Assembly (NCBI GenBank): GCA_043819135.1
Contig: JBDRFG010000149.1
Location: 1 to 22,628 of the forward strand
DNA: 22,628 bases
Source: Candidatus Eiseniibacteriota bacterium
GTDB lineage: Bacteria; Joyebacterota; Joyebacteria; Joyebacterales; Joyebacteraceae
Direction: 5' to 3'
Position numbers and translations under genes: made by a program. The notes under the pieces are model-generated. The model was not told the origin of the DNA and ran no database searches. It saw only the letters and a list, made by a program, of their open reading frames with translations. This document shows, one piece after another, positions 1 to 8,095 of this stretch (positions within the stretch are counted from its first letter, which is position 1; each line of letters starts with the position of its first letter).

Positions 1-191
1 CCGAGACCGCGCACCGCGTCCGTGGCGGCCTTGAGGGTCATCGTGAGGTTGTTACCGGTATCTCCGTCAGGAACGGGGAAGACATTGATCTCGTTCAGGT
101 GAAGACGCTTCGAGGCCACCAGCTCGGCTCCGCTGATGAGAGCCGAGATCAGGCAGGGACCGTCGATGTAGTGAATGTGATCTCGCGCCAT
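1..191 (-). CDS. DAK2 domain protein (FakA/YloV-like fatty acid kinase subunit, possibly DegV-fused); N-terminal part only, runs off the window
   Basis: Not in the ORF track. Manual translation from ATG at 191 gives MARDHIHYIDGPCLISALISGAELVASKRLHLNEINVFPVPDGDTGNNLTMTLKAA..., which has the DAK2 signature LNxINVFPVPDGDTGxN. GGAG lies upstream. Confidence 0.9.
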   Translation of the reverse strand, partial: MARDHIHYIDGPCLISALISGAELVASKRLHLNEINVFPVPDGDTGNNLTMTLKAATDAVRGL

Positions 192-286
192 CCGGGTGTT
201 CTCCGGTCGCTGCCTCAGGGGGGTAGAACATCCTCTATATCTACGATGTTCGAGGGGACGCTTCAACGGCGGGCAGGCCCAAGAGT

Positions 287-360
287 GGACAAACAGACCG
301 ACAGGCCTCGCATCACCGTGGCAGACGTGTTCGTCTGCGGCGACGTGAGACCTGCCGGTC
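287..360 (-). terminator. Long stem-loop (296-360) with a UGUUUG tail 3' of the histone gene; probable terminator or mRNA stabiliser
   Basis: 296-317 pairs with 339-360 and 321-327 pairs with 332-338. Four of the five non-Watson-Crick positions become G-U pairs on the minus-strand RNA. Confidence 0.65.
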
Positions 361-392
361 CTCGTTCACAGGCCACTGGCCTGGATTCTCTA

Positions 393-566
393 CTAGAAGT
401 CCTGGGGCTGGATCGTCTTGCGCCCGTTCGCCTGGGCTCTCTTGGCTGCCTTCTTCAGGGCGCTCTGAACGCGCTCGTCAACGACGCCAAGCGCATCGCC
501 GCTCAGGCGCATGTTGAGGTCCTTGACCAGAGCCTGAACCTTCGACTTGACCACGAAGTCTGCCAT
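393..566 (-). CDS. Bacterial histone-fold protein, 57 aa (short-alpha3 type, DUF1931/Bd0055/face-to-face-like)
   Basis: MADFVVKSKVQALVKDLNMRLSGDALGVVDERVQSALKKAAKRAQANGRKTIQPQDF. It has VVxSKV at alpha1, an L1 loop MRLSGDA (compare HMf ERVSDDA) and an L2 loop GRKTIxxxD with the R49-D56 clamp. GGGAGG precedes ATG 566, and the gene ends in tandem TAG TAG. Confidence 0.9.
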   Translation of the reverse strand: MADFVVKSKVQALVKDLNMRLSGDALGVVDERVQSALKKAAKRAQANGRKTIQPQDF

Positions 567-671
567 GGCTTGCCTCCCCATTACTGAGCTGTCGCTCAAC
601 TATGACACCCAGAACCATCGCCGGGCGTGATCCAGCGCTCCAGCGCCGGCGCTTCGCTCAGGAGCAAGGGC

Positions 672-700
672 AGAATAGCGGAAGGGCCGAAATCGCGCAA
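672..700 (-). promoter_or_regulatory. Sigma70-type promoter of the histone gene
   Basis: Minus strand TTGCGC (700-695), 17 bp spacer, TATTCT (677-672), about 100 nt upstream of the start codon. Confidence 0.55.
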
Positions 701-914
701 GAGGGAATATTGAGGTTCTCGAAGTGCGCTCCGCGAGGCGGCGGGCTTCAGATGGTCGCACGCACATGAGCAGGGTGGCGCGGGCGCCCGCCGGGACCCG
801 GACGCTTGCGACGCGACCGAAAGGGAATATTCCTAATCTATTATGGGGTATATGGTTAGGTCATGCTGCGGGCTCGCGCGCGGAAGCGATGTTCTGCAGC
901 CTGCCTGCTCCCCC

Positions 915-1637
915 TCACGCCCCCCTGAGGTGCCGGCGCACTGCCTTCCACGGGAAGAAGTAGGCGGCGAGCACGGGAATTATTGCCAGCCTGCTGAGAT
1001 TGGCCATGTGTAGACCCGCGAACACGAAGATGAGCAGGTGCATGCGCACCACGTTGCCGTAGGGCGCCGCGAACGAGTCCTTCCCCGATGGAGCTGGAGA
1101 GCCTGGGAATATGTCAGACAGGCGGGACAGGAAGCTCGCCACGATCAGTGGCCAGAACGAGGCGGCAGGCCTGGCGACCATGCCGAGGAAGCGCGGGAAC
1201 TTGTCGCCGTCGTCCACCAGCGGAAAGAACCCGTTCAGGAAGACGGCGTGCACGAAGTGGAACATGCCGAAGTGCACCGTGAAGAAAGCGAGCGCGCCCA
1301 GACCGCCGACCACTGCCAGGACCTTGTAGCCCACGAGTACATGCCGAACGCCGCGCACGATGCTCGAGACGATCGTCGCGTAGCCGACGGTGAGGCTCGA
1401 TATCCAGAGCCCCCAGATCACGTCCCGAGCTTCCCACCTGAAGACGGCGGCGCAGGCAACGGTCCCGGCGAACGCGAACAGGTCGAGGGCGAGGTCCCTC
1501 CCCCCGGGGGTGGAGTCCAACCTCAGGACCCTGACGGCCCCCTCTCGCAGGACCCTCAGCAGTGCAGTGGTATCAGACACGGTCGCCCCACTATGGAAGC
1601 GCGTTTCTCGCGCAATCACACCCTCTCGCACAGTCAC
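915..1637 (-). CDS. DUF6498-like integral membrane protein; start uncertain and may be further downstream
   Basis: Several hydrophobic segments, with motifs FFTVHFGMFHFVH and PYGNVVRMH typical of this family. Confidence 0.7.
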   Translation of the reverse strand: MTVREGVIARETRFHSGATVSDTTALLRVLREGAVRVLRLDSTPGGRDLALDLFAFAGTVACAAVFRWEARDVIWGLWISSLTVGYATIVSSIVRGVRHVLVGYKVLAVVGGLGALAFFTVHFGMFHFVHAVFLNGFFPLVDDGDKFPRFLGMVARPAASFWPLIVASFLSRLSDIFPGSPAPSGKDSFAAPYGNVVRMHLLIFVFAGLHMANLSRLAIIPVLAAYFFPWKAVRRHLRGA

Positions 1638-1790
1638 ACCTTAGAGCCGTAGCAAGCCCGGTTCCGTTCATGCGGTCCACCAGGACCCATGCCTGGGTTC
1701 CACCGGCAGGCGCGCGACGTAATTGCCGGGGCGCTGCGCTATCTCGGCCACCACGCTCGAGTAACCCGCGCATTGCGCAATATACTGCGC

Positions 1791-1819
1791 TGGTCAAGAG
1801 CGGCTGAATCTGGTATAAT
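1791..1819 (+). promoter_or_regulatory. Extended -10 promoter for the metallophosphoesterase
   Basis: TGGTCA (1791-1796), 17 bp spacer, perfect TATAAT (1814-1819) preceded by TGn. Confidence 0.6.
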
Positions 1820-1900
1820 ATGCTATGTGGAAGGGGGATTCGCTTCGGCGCCGCCCCCTGAGTCGTTTCCCAATGAGACTCCCTCTTTACGGAGTGACGC

Positions 1901-3661
1901 ATGTTCCCGGAGCGTGGACCGACGGCGATGAGCACCGTCGTGGTGCTGGTGGTCCTTGCGGTCTCGGCTGCTCTCACCTCCCCGGCCGCCGCGGAAGGCG
2001 CCCGTGCCCTCGGCGACACGCTGACCGTGGTGATGCGCCCAATCCTCCCGGTCCCGGAGATCGTCGTGCCCGGGGACAGCTTCGTCATCGAGGCGATGGC
2101 GCCGCAATCAACAACGGGGTGGGCCGTTCAGCTCGCTCGAGGAGCAGCGACACACGCCCTGAGCGTGGACTCGACCACCTACGAGTCGTCATTCGAACGT
2201 TGGTTCCTCTCGGTCACCGTCCCTGCCGACGTCCCGGCCGAAACGTACGGCCTCGAGGTCACGGCGTCCGGCGGCATCTACGACGAGGTGGACCACGCCG
2301 TCACGGTGCGGCAGAGCATCGAGGACGATTTCTACTTCATCCACGTCACTGACAGCCATCTCCCGACCCACAAGTACTACTACGAGTCGGGTGCGGACAC
2401 CGACACGACCGAGATGGAGGACCTCCACGAGGTCATCGATGACATCAACATCATCAATCCCGCGTTCGTGCTGTTCACGGGCGACATCATCAACGAAGGC
2501 GAGCTGGAAGACTTCCTCGACAAACGCTACTTCACACGCACCCAGCGCATTCTTCAGCGCTTCGACGTGCCAGTCTACTTGACCGCGGGCAACCACGACG
2601 TGGGCGGATGGGACGACACGCCGCCACCGGACGGAACCGCGCGGCGGAACTGGTGGAAGTTCTTCGGCTGGCGCTATCTGAACGACCCGCCGCCCGGAGA
2701 AGGCGTCCACACGCAGAACTACTCGTTCGACTACGGGGACGTTCACTTCATCGGGATCGAGGCCTACAACAACTACGACCGCTGGCGCACATCGATCTAC
2801 GGGGACGACAGCTTCACCGACGACCAGCTCGACTGGCTGGTCGACGACATCGGGACGGTCTCTCCGGCCACGCCGATCATCGCCTTCCACCACCGGGACT
2901 TCCAGGACCAGCTCAGTCTGGGCACTCTCGGCATCGACGGCGCGTTGTCGGGGCACATCCACTACACGGACGGTGACATCGGGGCCCACCCGTTCAATCT
3001 CTCGACGGAGACGGTCTGCGACGGCGAGCGCGCCATGCGGCTGGTGAGGGTCTCGGGTTCATCTGTCACCCCATCGGAGCCGATCGACGCCGGCTCGAGC
3101 GGCGGCAGTCTCAGGCTGCTGTTCGATGCGGCCAACGACGGCACGAACTCGGAGATCACAGCCACGGTCGACAACAATCAGCCGGAGAACTTCGAGCACG
3201 GGCTCATCAGGTTCCTCGTTGACGCGTCGCAGGCGCCCTACACGGTCGACAACGGGGAACTCCTCCAGATGATCGTGGACGGGTCGGTCGCCACCTGCTA
3301 CGTGCAGGTGGCCATGCCGGCTCACTCCAACACATACGTCACGATAAGCCCGGACGAATCGTCCGGCGTCGACGAAGACTCCGTCCCGTCGCTTGCCCTG
3401 CTGGGTCCGGCCTTCCCGAATCCCGCCGGGACACGCGCCACGGTAGCCTTCTCGCTGGGCGCTTCCGGGCACGCGATCGTGAGCGTGTACGATATCTCGG
3501 GACGGCTTGTCACGACGCTGTTGGACGGCCCGGCGGCCGCGGGCCCGCACAGGGTCGCGTGGGATCTCGCGGGCGCGGGCGATGTCGCGTCAGGCATTTA
3601 CATTTACAGGATCGAGTCGCTCGGCAAGAGCGTCTCGGGCAAGATGGTGGTCGTGCGGTAG
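1901..3661 (+). CDS. Secreted calcineurin-like metallophosphoesterase with a C-terminal FlgD-Ig/T9SS-type sorting domain
   Basis: Signal peptide; motifs DSH, GDIINEG, GNHD, HH and GHIH; C-terminus FPNP...VSVYDISGRLV..L...W...ASGIYIYRI...KMVVVR. Alternative start at 1928. Confidence 0.85.
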   Translation: MFPERGPTAMSTVVVLVVLAVSAALTSPAAAEGARALGDTLTVVMRPILPVPEIVVPGDSFVIEAMAPQSTTGWAVQLARGAATHALSVDSTTYESSFERWFLSVTVPADVPAETYGLEVTASGGIYDEVDHAVTVRQSIEDDFYFIHVTDSHLPTHKYYYESGADTDTTEMEDLHEVIDDINIINPAFVLFTGDIINEGELEDFLDKRYFTRTQRILQRFDVPVYLTAGNHDVGGWDDTPPPDGTARRNWWKFFGWRYLNDPPPGEGVHTQNYSFDYGDVHFIGIEAYNNYDRWRTSIYGDDSFTDDQLDWLVDDIGTVSPATPIIAFHHRDFQDQLSLGTLGIDGALSGHIHYTDGDIGAHPFNLSTETVCDGERAMRLVRVSGSSVTPSEPIDAGSSGGSLRLLFDAANDGTNSEITATVDNNQPENFEHGLIRFLVDASQAPYTVDNGELLQMIVDGSVATCYVQVAMPAHSNTYVTISPDESSGVDEDSVPSLALLGPAFPNPAGTRATVAFSLGASGHAIVSVYDISGRLVTTLLDGPAAAGPHRVAWDLAGAGDVASGIYIYRIESLGKSVSGKMVVVR

Positions 3662-3696
3662 ACGCTGCGGGGAACCAGCACCAACGGGGATCAGCG

Positions 3697-3725
3697 GGGC
3701 CGTCGGCGTGAGCCGGCGGCCCTGT
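3697..3725 (+). terminator. Hairpin between convergent genes; probable terminator
   Basis: GGGCCGTCGGC-GTGA-GCCGGCGGCCC, an 11 bp stem with a GNRA loop. The U-tail is weak. Confidence 0.5.
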
Positions 3726-3825
3726 CCGCGTACGCGTCCGGACGGACCGGGATGACCACAGAGACGTCGGGCCTGGCAGCGTCCGGCATGAACCCTTCCC
3801 CGGTGAGAGCTGATGACCGCGCCGG

Positions 3826-4548
3826 CTACCGCGACTGCCAGCGCATGGTCTCGAGCCGCTCGCGCAGCTGCCCGGCCGTGCTGAACTTCTTGAGAATGAG
3901 GGTACGCTTGAGGCCGCAGCAGATGGCCTTGACCTCGGGGGGCTGGCTCGAGTAGTGGGCCCGACCGCCCAGAGCGTCGTAGAAGATCCTCACGAGGTCG
4001 CACACGTCGTCCTGGATGTTCACCCTGCGCGGCGCGCGCCAGCGGTACAGGTCAAGGAGCTTGATGTCGAACCCCAACCCCGCGCGCTTGACGATGATGT
4101 TCTCGGTGTGCAGGTCCCCGTGGTATTCGCGCAGGTGATGGACGCTCTCGATGCCCGCCGCCAGCGCGTGAAGCAGATGCAGTGCCTGGTAGGCGTCCAG
4201 CCGCTTGCCGGGCTGGCGCCGCAGGAAGTCCCGGAGAAGCTCTCCCTCCACGTATTCGGAGACCACGAACGTCACCGGCACACCGAGGTAGTTGACCGTC
4301 TCCTGAGTGTGGTACTGGATGAGTATCGGGCAGTGGCGCAGGCGATGCAGCTTCTTGGCGTAGTAGGTCAACGTCGCGTTGCGGGGGTTGCGCTGCGGGA
4401 AGAAGAATTTCGCAGCGCGCTCGATGCCGGTGCTCAGTTCTCGCACGAGATAGACCTCGCCCTCCCACCCCGCGCCCAGGTGCATTGCGATCTCATACTT
4501 GTCCGCGAGCACGTCACCGACCCTGAAGTCAAACGACTCCAGACGCAA
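3826..4548 (-). CDS. Protein kinase-like domain protein (atypical, compact)
   Basis: Gly loop LGAGWEGEVY, AAKFF lysine, SEYVEG hinge, HGDLHTENI catalytic loop and KLLDL. TTG 4548 is the preferred start, though the ORF is open to 4674. Confidence 0.8.
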   Translation of the reverse strand: MRLESFDFRVGDVLADKYEIAMHLGAGWEGEVYLVRELSTGIERAAKFFFPQRNPRNATLTYYAKKLHRLRHCPILIQYHTQETVNYLGVPVTFVVSEYVEGELLRDFLRRQPGKRLDAYQALHLLHALAAGIESVHHLREYHGDLHTENIIVKRAGLGFDIKLLDLYRWRAPRRVNIQDDVCDLVRIFYDALGGRAHYSSQPPEVKAICCGLKRTLILKKFSTAGQLRERLETMRWQSR

Positions 4549-4683
4549 GGAACCACTCTGTTGCTTCCTTACGGTTGTCGTTGTGTCGGTACTGAATCTT
4601 CGTGGAGTCACGTGTGTCTCCGCGAGCGGCCGCGCCGTGCGCGCCGCCCTCCCTGCTTGAGCCCTGTGGAACACTCCCGAGAG

Positions 4684-5112
4684 CTACCCCTCATCTTCGA
4701 GGACTATGCCCTTCCCTTTGAGGAAGACCCCGAACTCCACGTCGAAAACCTCGATGTGCTTGAGGAACAGGTTGATGAGGAGTGTGTTGATCGCCTCGGC
4801 GAGAGACGCAGTGGCACCCTCCTCCTGGAAGTCTTCCGCGAGACCGGCGAGTGTCTGCGTGAACTTGGCGTGCTCCTTGAGATGCGGGTCACGCCCGGAA
4901 TACTCGTCGGCTCCCATGTGCTTCTCTTCCGTCTTGAAGTGAAAGTCCATGTAGCCGACCAGGAAGTCGAGCGTCCCCACGATCTCGCCCGGTCCATGAT
5001 GAGCCTCTACGGCCTCGGAGAACTCTGCGAGGTGTTTCAGCAGCATCTTGTGCTGCTCGTCGATCAGAGACACGCCGACCGACAGATTGTCGTTCCACAA
5101 CGACTTGGCCAT
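4684..5112 (-). CDS. Bacteriohemerythrin (di-iron O2-binding protein)
   Basis: WxDxLSVGVxxIDEQHK, HFxxEE, HxxEH and HIxxFD ligand motifs. ATG 5112 follows AAAGGGG. Confidence 0.92.
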   Translation of the reverse strand: MAKSLWNDNLSVGVSLIDEQHKMLLKHLAEFSEAVEAHHGPGEIVGTLDFLVGYMDFHFKTEEKHMGADEYSGRDPHLKEHAKFTQTLAGLAEDFQEEGATASLAEAINTLLINLFLKHIEVFDVEFGVFLKGKGIVLEDEG

Positions 5113-5221
5113 TCCTGGTACGTCCCCTTTCCACAACGGTCCACCCAGATTCGCTACTTAATGATATGGCCTTTCGGCGCCGAAGCCAACCCCGGACTCG
5201 GGCCGGGTGGTGACCGGAGTA

Positions 5222-5251
5222 TTGACGGGTCGGGGACACTGCGGCTACGAT
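5222..5251 (+). promoter_or_regulatory. Sigma70-type promoter for the transglutaminase-like gene
   Basis: TTGACG (5222-5227), 18 bp spacer, TACGAT (5246-5251). Confidence 0.5.
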
Positions 5252-5360
5252 GGGTGAACCAACGTCGAAGAGGCGTCCTGGGGCAGGATATGGGCGCTCT
5301 ACCGCTGAGCCGCAGCAACGGCGGCGGTGCCGGACAGCTGGCCTTCAGAGGGAGAATGGA

Positions 5361-8054
5361 ATGACACGGAGAACACTCTCGATCGCGGTGGGAGTCCTGT
5401 TCGCTGCGCTCTTGTTGCAGGCCGGCGCAGCCGGGGCGGAGTGGGTGTGGCCGCCGAGTGAAGAGGTCATGGACGCGGTCGAAGCAAACCTTTCACGGCA
5501 CTACGAGAGCGGGAAGCTCCGCGCGTATCTGGAGAACGCCGGCGCCGAGCAGAGGGAGGCCCTCGAGTTCCTGCTGGCCTGGCTGCCGCCGTCCGACCTC
5601 GGTGCGCTGCCCGCGGAAACGCTCATCGAGAACGTGGAGACCGCGCTCGAAGCCTGGCACGAAGCCCCCTGGCGAGACGAGATAGACCCGTACATCTTTC
5701 ACACGTACGTCCTTCCCCACCGCGTCACTCAGGAGCCGGTCCAGCGATGGCGTCCGAGACTGCGTGAACTGACTGCACCCAGGGTGGCGAGTATGGACCT
5801 CGGTACTGCGGCGCTCGAGATCAACCGCTTGGCGCGTGAGTGGGTCACATACGAGCCGAGTTCGCGACGCGACCAGGGCCCCCTGACGACCATGGAGCGC
5901 GGGATCGGGCGATGCGAGGAGGAGATGATCTTCGCCATATGCGCGCTGAGAAGCGCCGGGGTTCCCGCGCGCTACTGCGCCGTCCCGTGCTGGTGCACGG
6001 GCGACGGCAACCACGCGTGGACCGAGGTCTACACCGGGAGGGAGGAGGGCTGGCGCTACATAGGCTCCTGCGAACCCGCCGCGTGCCTCGACCAGGCCTG
6101 GTTCACGAACTCCGCCCGCAGGACCGGCACGGTGCTCTCCGCGGGATACGGAGAGGCGCCGGTGCCGGAGGAGTACGCGGAGACCCTCTACAAGCAGGCC
6201 GACGGCGTCACCACGCTCAACTCGATCGGGGTGTACAGCGACCCCGGGACGCTCGTCCTCGCATTCCCGGACGGGCACGAGCCGCGGGACGGATCGGGCG
6301 AAGCACCCGAGGGGAGCGACAAGGAGGTACCCGACGGAACAGCGGACGAGCCCGCCGAAGCCCACGTCCACACGTTCAACTGGGGCGGAGCGCAGCCCCT
6401 CCTGAGCCAGCCACTCGGGAGCGAGGTCCTGCTCGGACCCGGCGACTATCTCGTCACGGCGGAGCTGGACAGCGCGCCCTGGTCCGCGCTCGTGACGATA
6501 CTCTCGGGGCAGAGGACGGCGCTCGCACTCGCGCCGGACTTCGGCGTGCTGGAGCAGCCGGTCTGGCTGCGCTATCCGCTTCCGGTTGAGGACGGCAAGG
6601 AGGGCTGCTCGATCGAGGAGGACGACCCGGTCTGGCTACGTCATCAGAGGGACATCGCGCGGAGAGACCTGGACCGCAGCGAGAGGTCGCGGCCATCGCA
6701 CGAGTGGGTCGAGGTCATCGCGGGACGCCCCGAGGCCGGAGAGCTCAGCAGACAGATCGAACTGGCGGGCCCGCTGACCGGCGACTGGACGTCGTCGGTC
6801 CTCGCCCTCACTGGAGACACGCTGGACGTGGCCGTCGACCTTCTGCTCGAGATGGACATCAAGGATTTCTACGAGATGGACACCGAGGATCTGCCGGCGG
6901 TGCTGGGTGAGGTCGTGCGCGTCAAGGACGCGACCGCCGTGGTACCGGACAGCCTCTGGGGCAAATACGTGCTCTCGCCACGCCTCTATTTCCAGGAAGG
7001 CACCATGAGGTGGTGGACAGACCTGCCGTGGCTCGGGGCCGACACGGGGGCGCCCGCCGGACGGGACCTGCTGAGCGCCTTCCGCGAACGCGTCAGCAGG
7101 CTGGAGGCAACGCAGCTGGGTGCCATAGCGACGCCCGAGGACACGTGGCGATCCGGCCACGCGTCGCCTCCGAGCGCCCGCGCGTGTCTGGTGGGGCTGC
7201 TGCGGCGACACGGGATCGCCGCAAGGGCCGGGATGGGCGTCGACTACGTAGAAGCCTGGGAGGACGACGGCTGGACAAGGCTCGTACCATTCGAGGAGGA
7301 CGAGCCGGAGGACGCCGAGACCGGCGATGCCCCTCCGGAGGAAGGCTATCTGGCCGTGCGCTATTTCGACCAGGATGCGCCTCTCACGAACGTGGAGACG
7401 TGGAGGCAGACGCGCCTGACGCGATTCAAGGAGGGTCACTTCCAGACCTGGTACCTCGGCCAGCTCTCTGAGGGCGACGGTCTGGTCCAGTGGTCTCTCG
7501 CCCCGGATGAGTACTGGCTCTTCGGCGGCTTGAGGAATCCGAGAGGAGAGCCGCGATTCGTCGCGCGCCGCGTGGTGGTAGCGCCGGGAGACTCGGTCCG
7601 CTTCGACCTCGACGTGGGTATTCCGCTGGACGAGTGGGAACCTGCCGACCTCGTGCAGAGGGAATGGGATCCCGACACCTCGCTCGAGGTGACACGCGGC
7701 GACGCGGTCGGTAACCTGAGCGATGTCGCGGACGGCGTGCGGCTCCTGGTGCTCACGCTGTCAGGTCACGAGGCGTCCTTCCGACACCTGTCGGCGCTCA
7801 GCGAGGTGGACTGGGAGGCGTTGAACGTCGCCTTCATCCCCGTCGAGGTTGCTGGGCTGGCCGACCATCCTCCGGGGACCTCATCCGCCACCATCAGCGC
7901 GGAACTCGCAGAGAGCATCTTCGGGGTCAAGAACCCGAAGAGCCATCTTCCCCTTACCATTCTGCTGGACGAATCGGACGGAACGCTGGTCTGGTTCAGG
8001 GGACTTCGTCACGACATGGCGGAGCACCTGCAGCGTGTGCTCGACAACAGGTAG
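5361..8054 (+). CDS. Large secreted transglutaminase-like (papain-fold) domain protein
   Basis: Signal peptide after ATG 5361 (GAGGGAG upstream). Motifs YVLPHRV, GRCEE, ALRSAGVPAR, GNHAWTEVY and WRYIGSCEP, plus a second degenerate repeat (YVLSPRL...LLRRHGIAAR). Confidence 0.85.
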   Translation: MTRRTLSIAVGVLFAALLLQAGAAGAEWVWPPSEEVMDAVEANLSRHYESGKLRAYLENAGAEQREALEFLLAWLPPSDLGALPAETLIENVETALEAWHEAPWRDEIDPYIFHTYVLPHRVTQEPVQRWRPRLRELTAPRVASMDLGTAALEINRLAREWVTYEPSSRRDQGPLTTMERGIGRCEEEMIFAICALRSAGVPARYCAVPCWCTGDGNHAWTEVYTGREEGWRYIGSCEPAACLDQAWFTNSARRTGTVLSAGYGEAPVPEEYAETLYKQADGVTTLNSIGVYSDPGTLVLAFPDGHEPRDGSGEAPEGSDKEVPDGTADEPAEAHVHTFNWGGAQPLLSQPLGSEVLLGPGDYLVTAELDSAPWSALVTILSGQRTALALAPDFGVLEQPVWLRYPLPVEDGKEGCSIEEDDPVWLRHQRDIARRDLDRSERSRPSHEWVEVIAGRPEAGELSRQIELAGPLTGDWTSSVLALTGDTLDVAVDLLLEMDIKDFYEMDTEDLPAVLGEVVRVKDATAVVPDSLWGKYVLSPRLYFQEGTMRWWTDLPWLGADTGAPAGRDLLSAFRERVSRLEATQLGAIATPEDTWRSGHASPPSARACLVGLLRRHGIAARAGMGVDYVEAWEDDGWTRLVPFEEDEPEDAETGDAPPEEGYLAVRYFDQDAPLTNVETWRQTRLTRFKEGHFQTWYLGQLSEGDGLVQWSLAPDEYWLFGGLRNPRGEPRFVARRVVVAPGDSVRFDLDVGIPLDEWEPADLVQREWDPDTSLEVTRGDAVGNLSDVADGVRLLVLTLSGHEASFRHLSALSEVDWEALNVAFIPVEVAGLADHPPGTSSATISAELAESIFGVKNPKSHLPLTILLDESDGTLVWFRGLRHDMAEHLQRVLDNR

Positions 8055-8095
8055 ACGGCGCCGGCGGGATCGGTGCGGACAGGCGCGCCAGGCAG

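Noticed and set aside
99..587. 162-aa plus-strand ORF, and other long alternative ORFs such as 3955-5364, 9969-11138, 14553-15662 and 20142-21194
   Set aside because: These are antisense shadows of well-supported genes, expected in high-GC DNA, and show no motifs.
1772..1781. Palindrome ATTGCGCAAT between divergent genes
   Set aside because: It is a single 10-bp copy with no identifiable cognate regulator, so it cannot be distinguished from chance.
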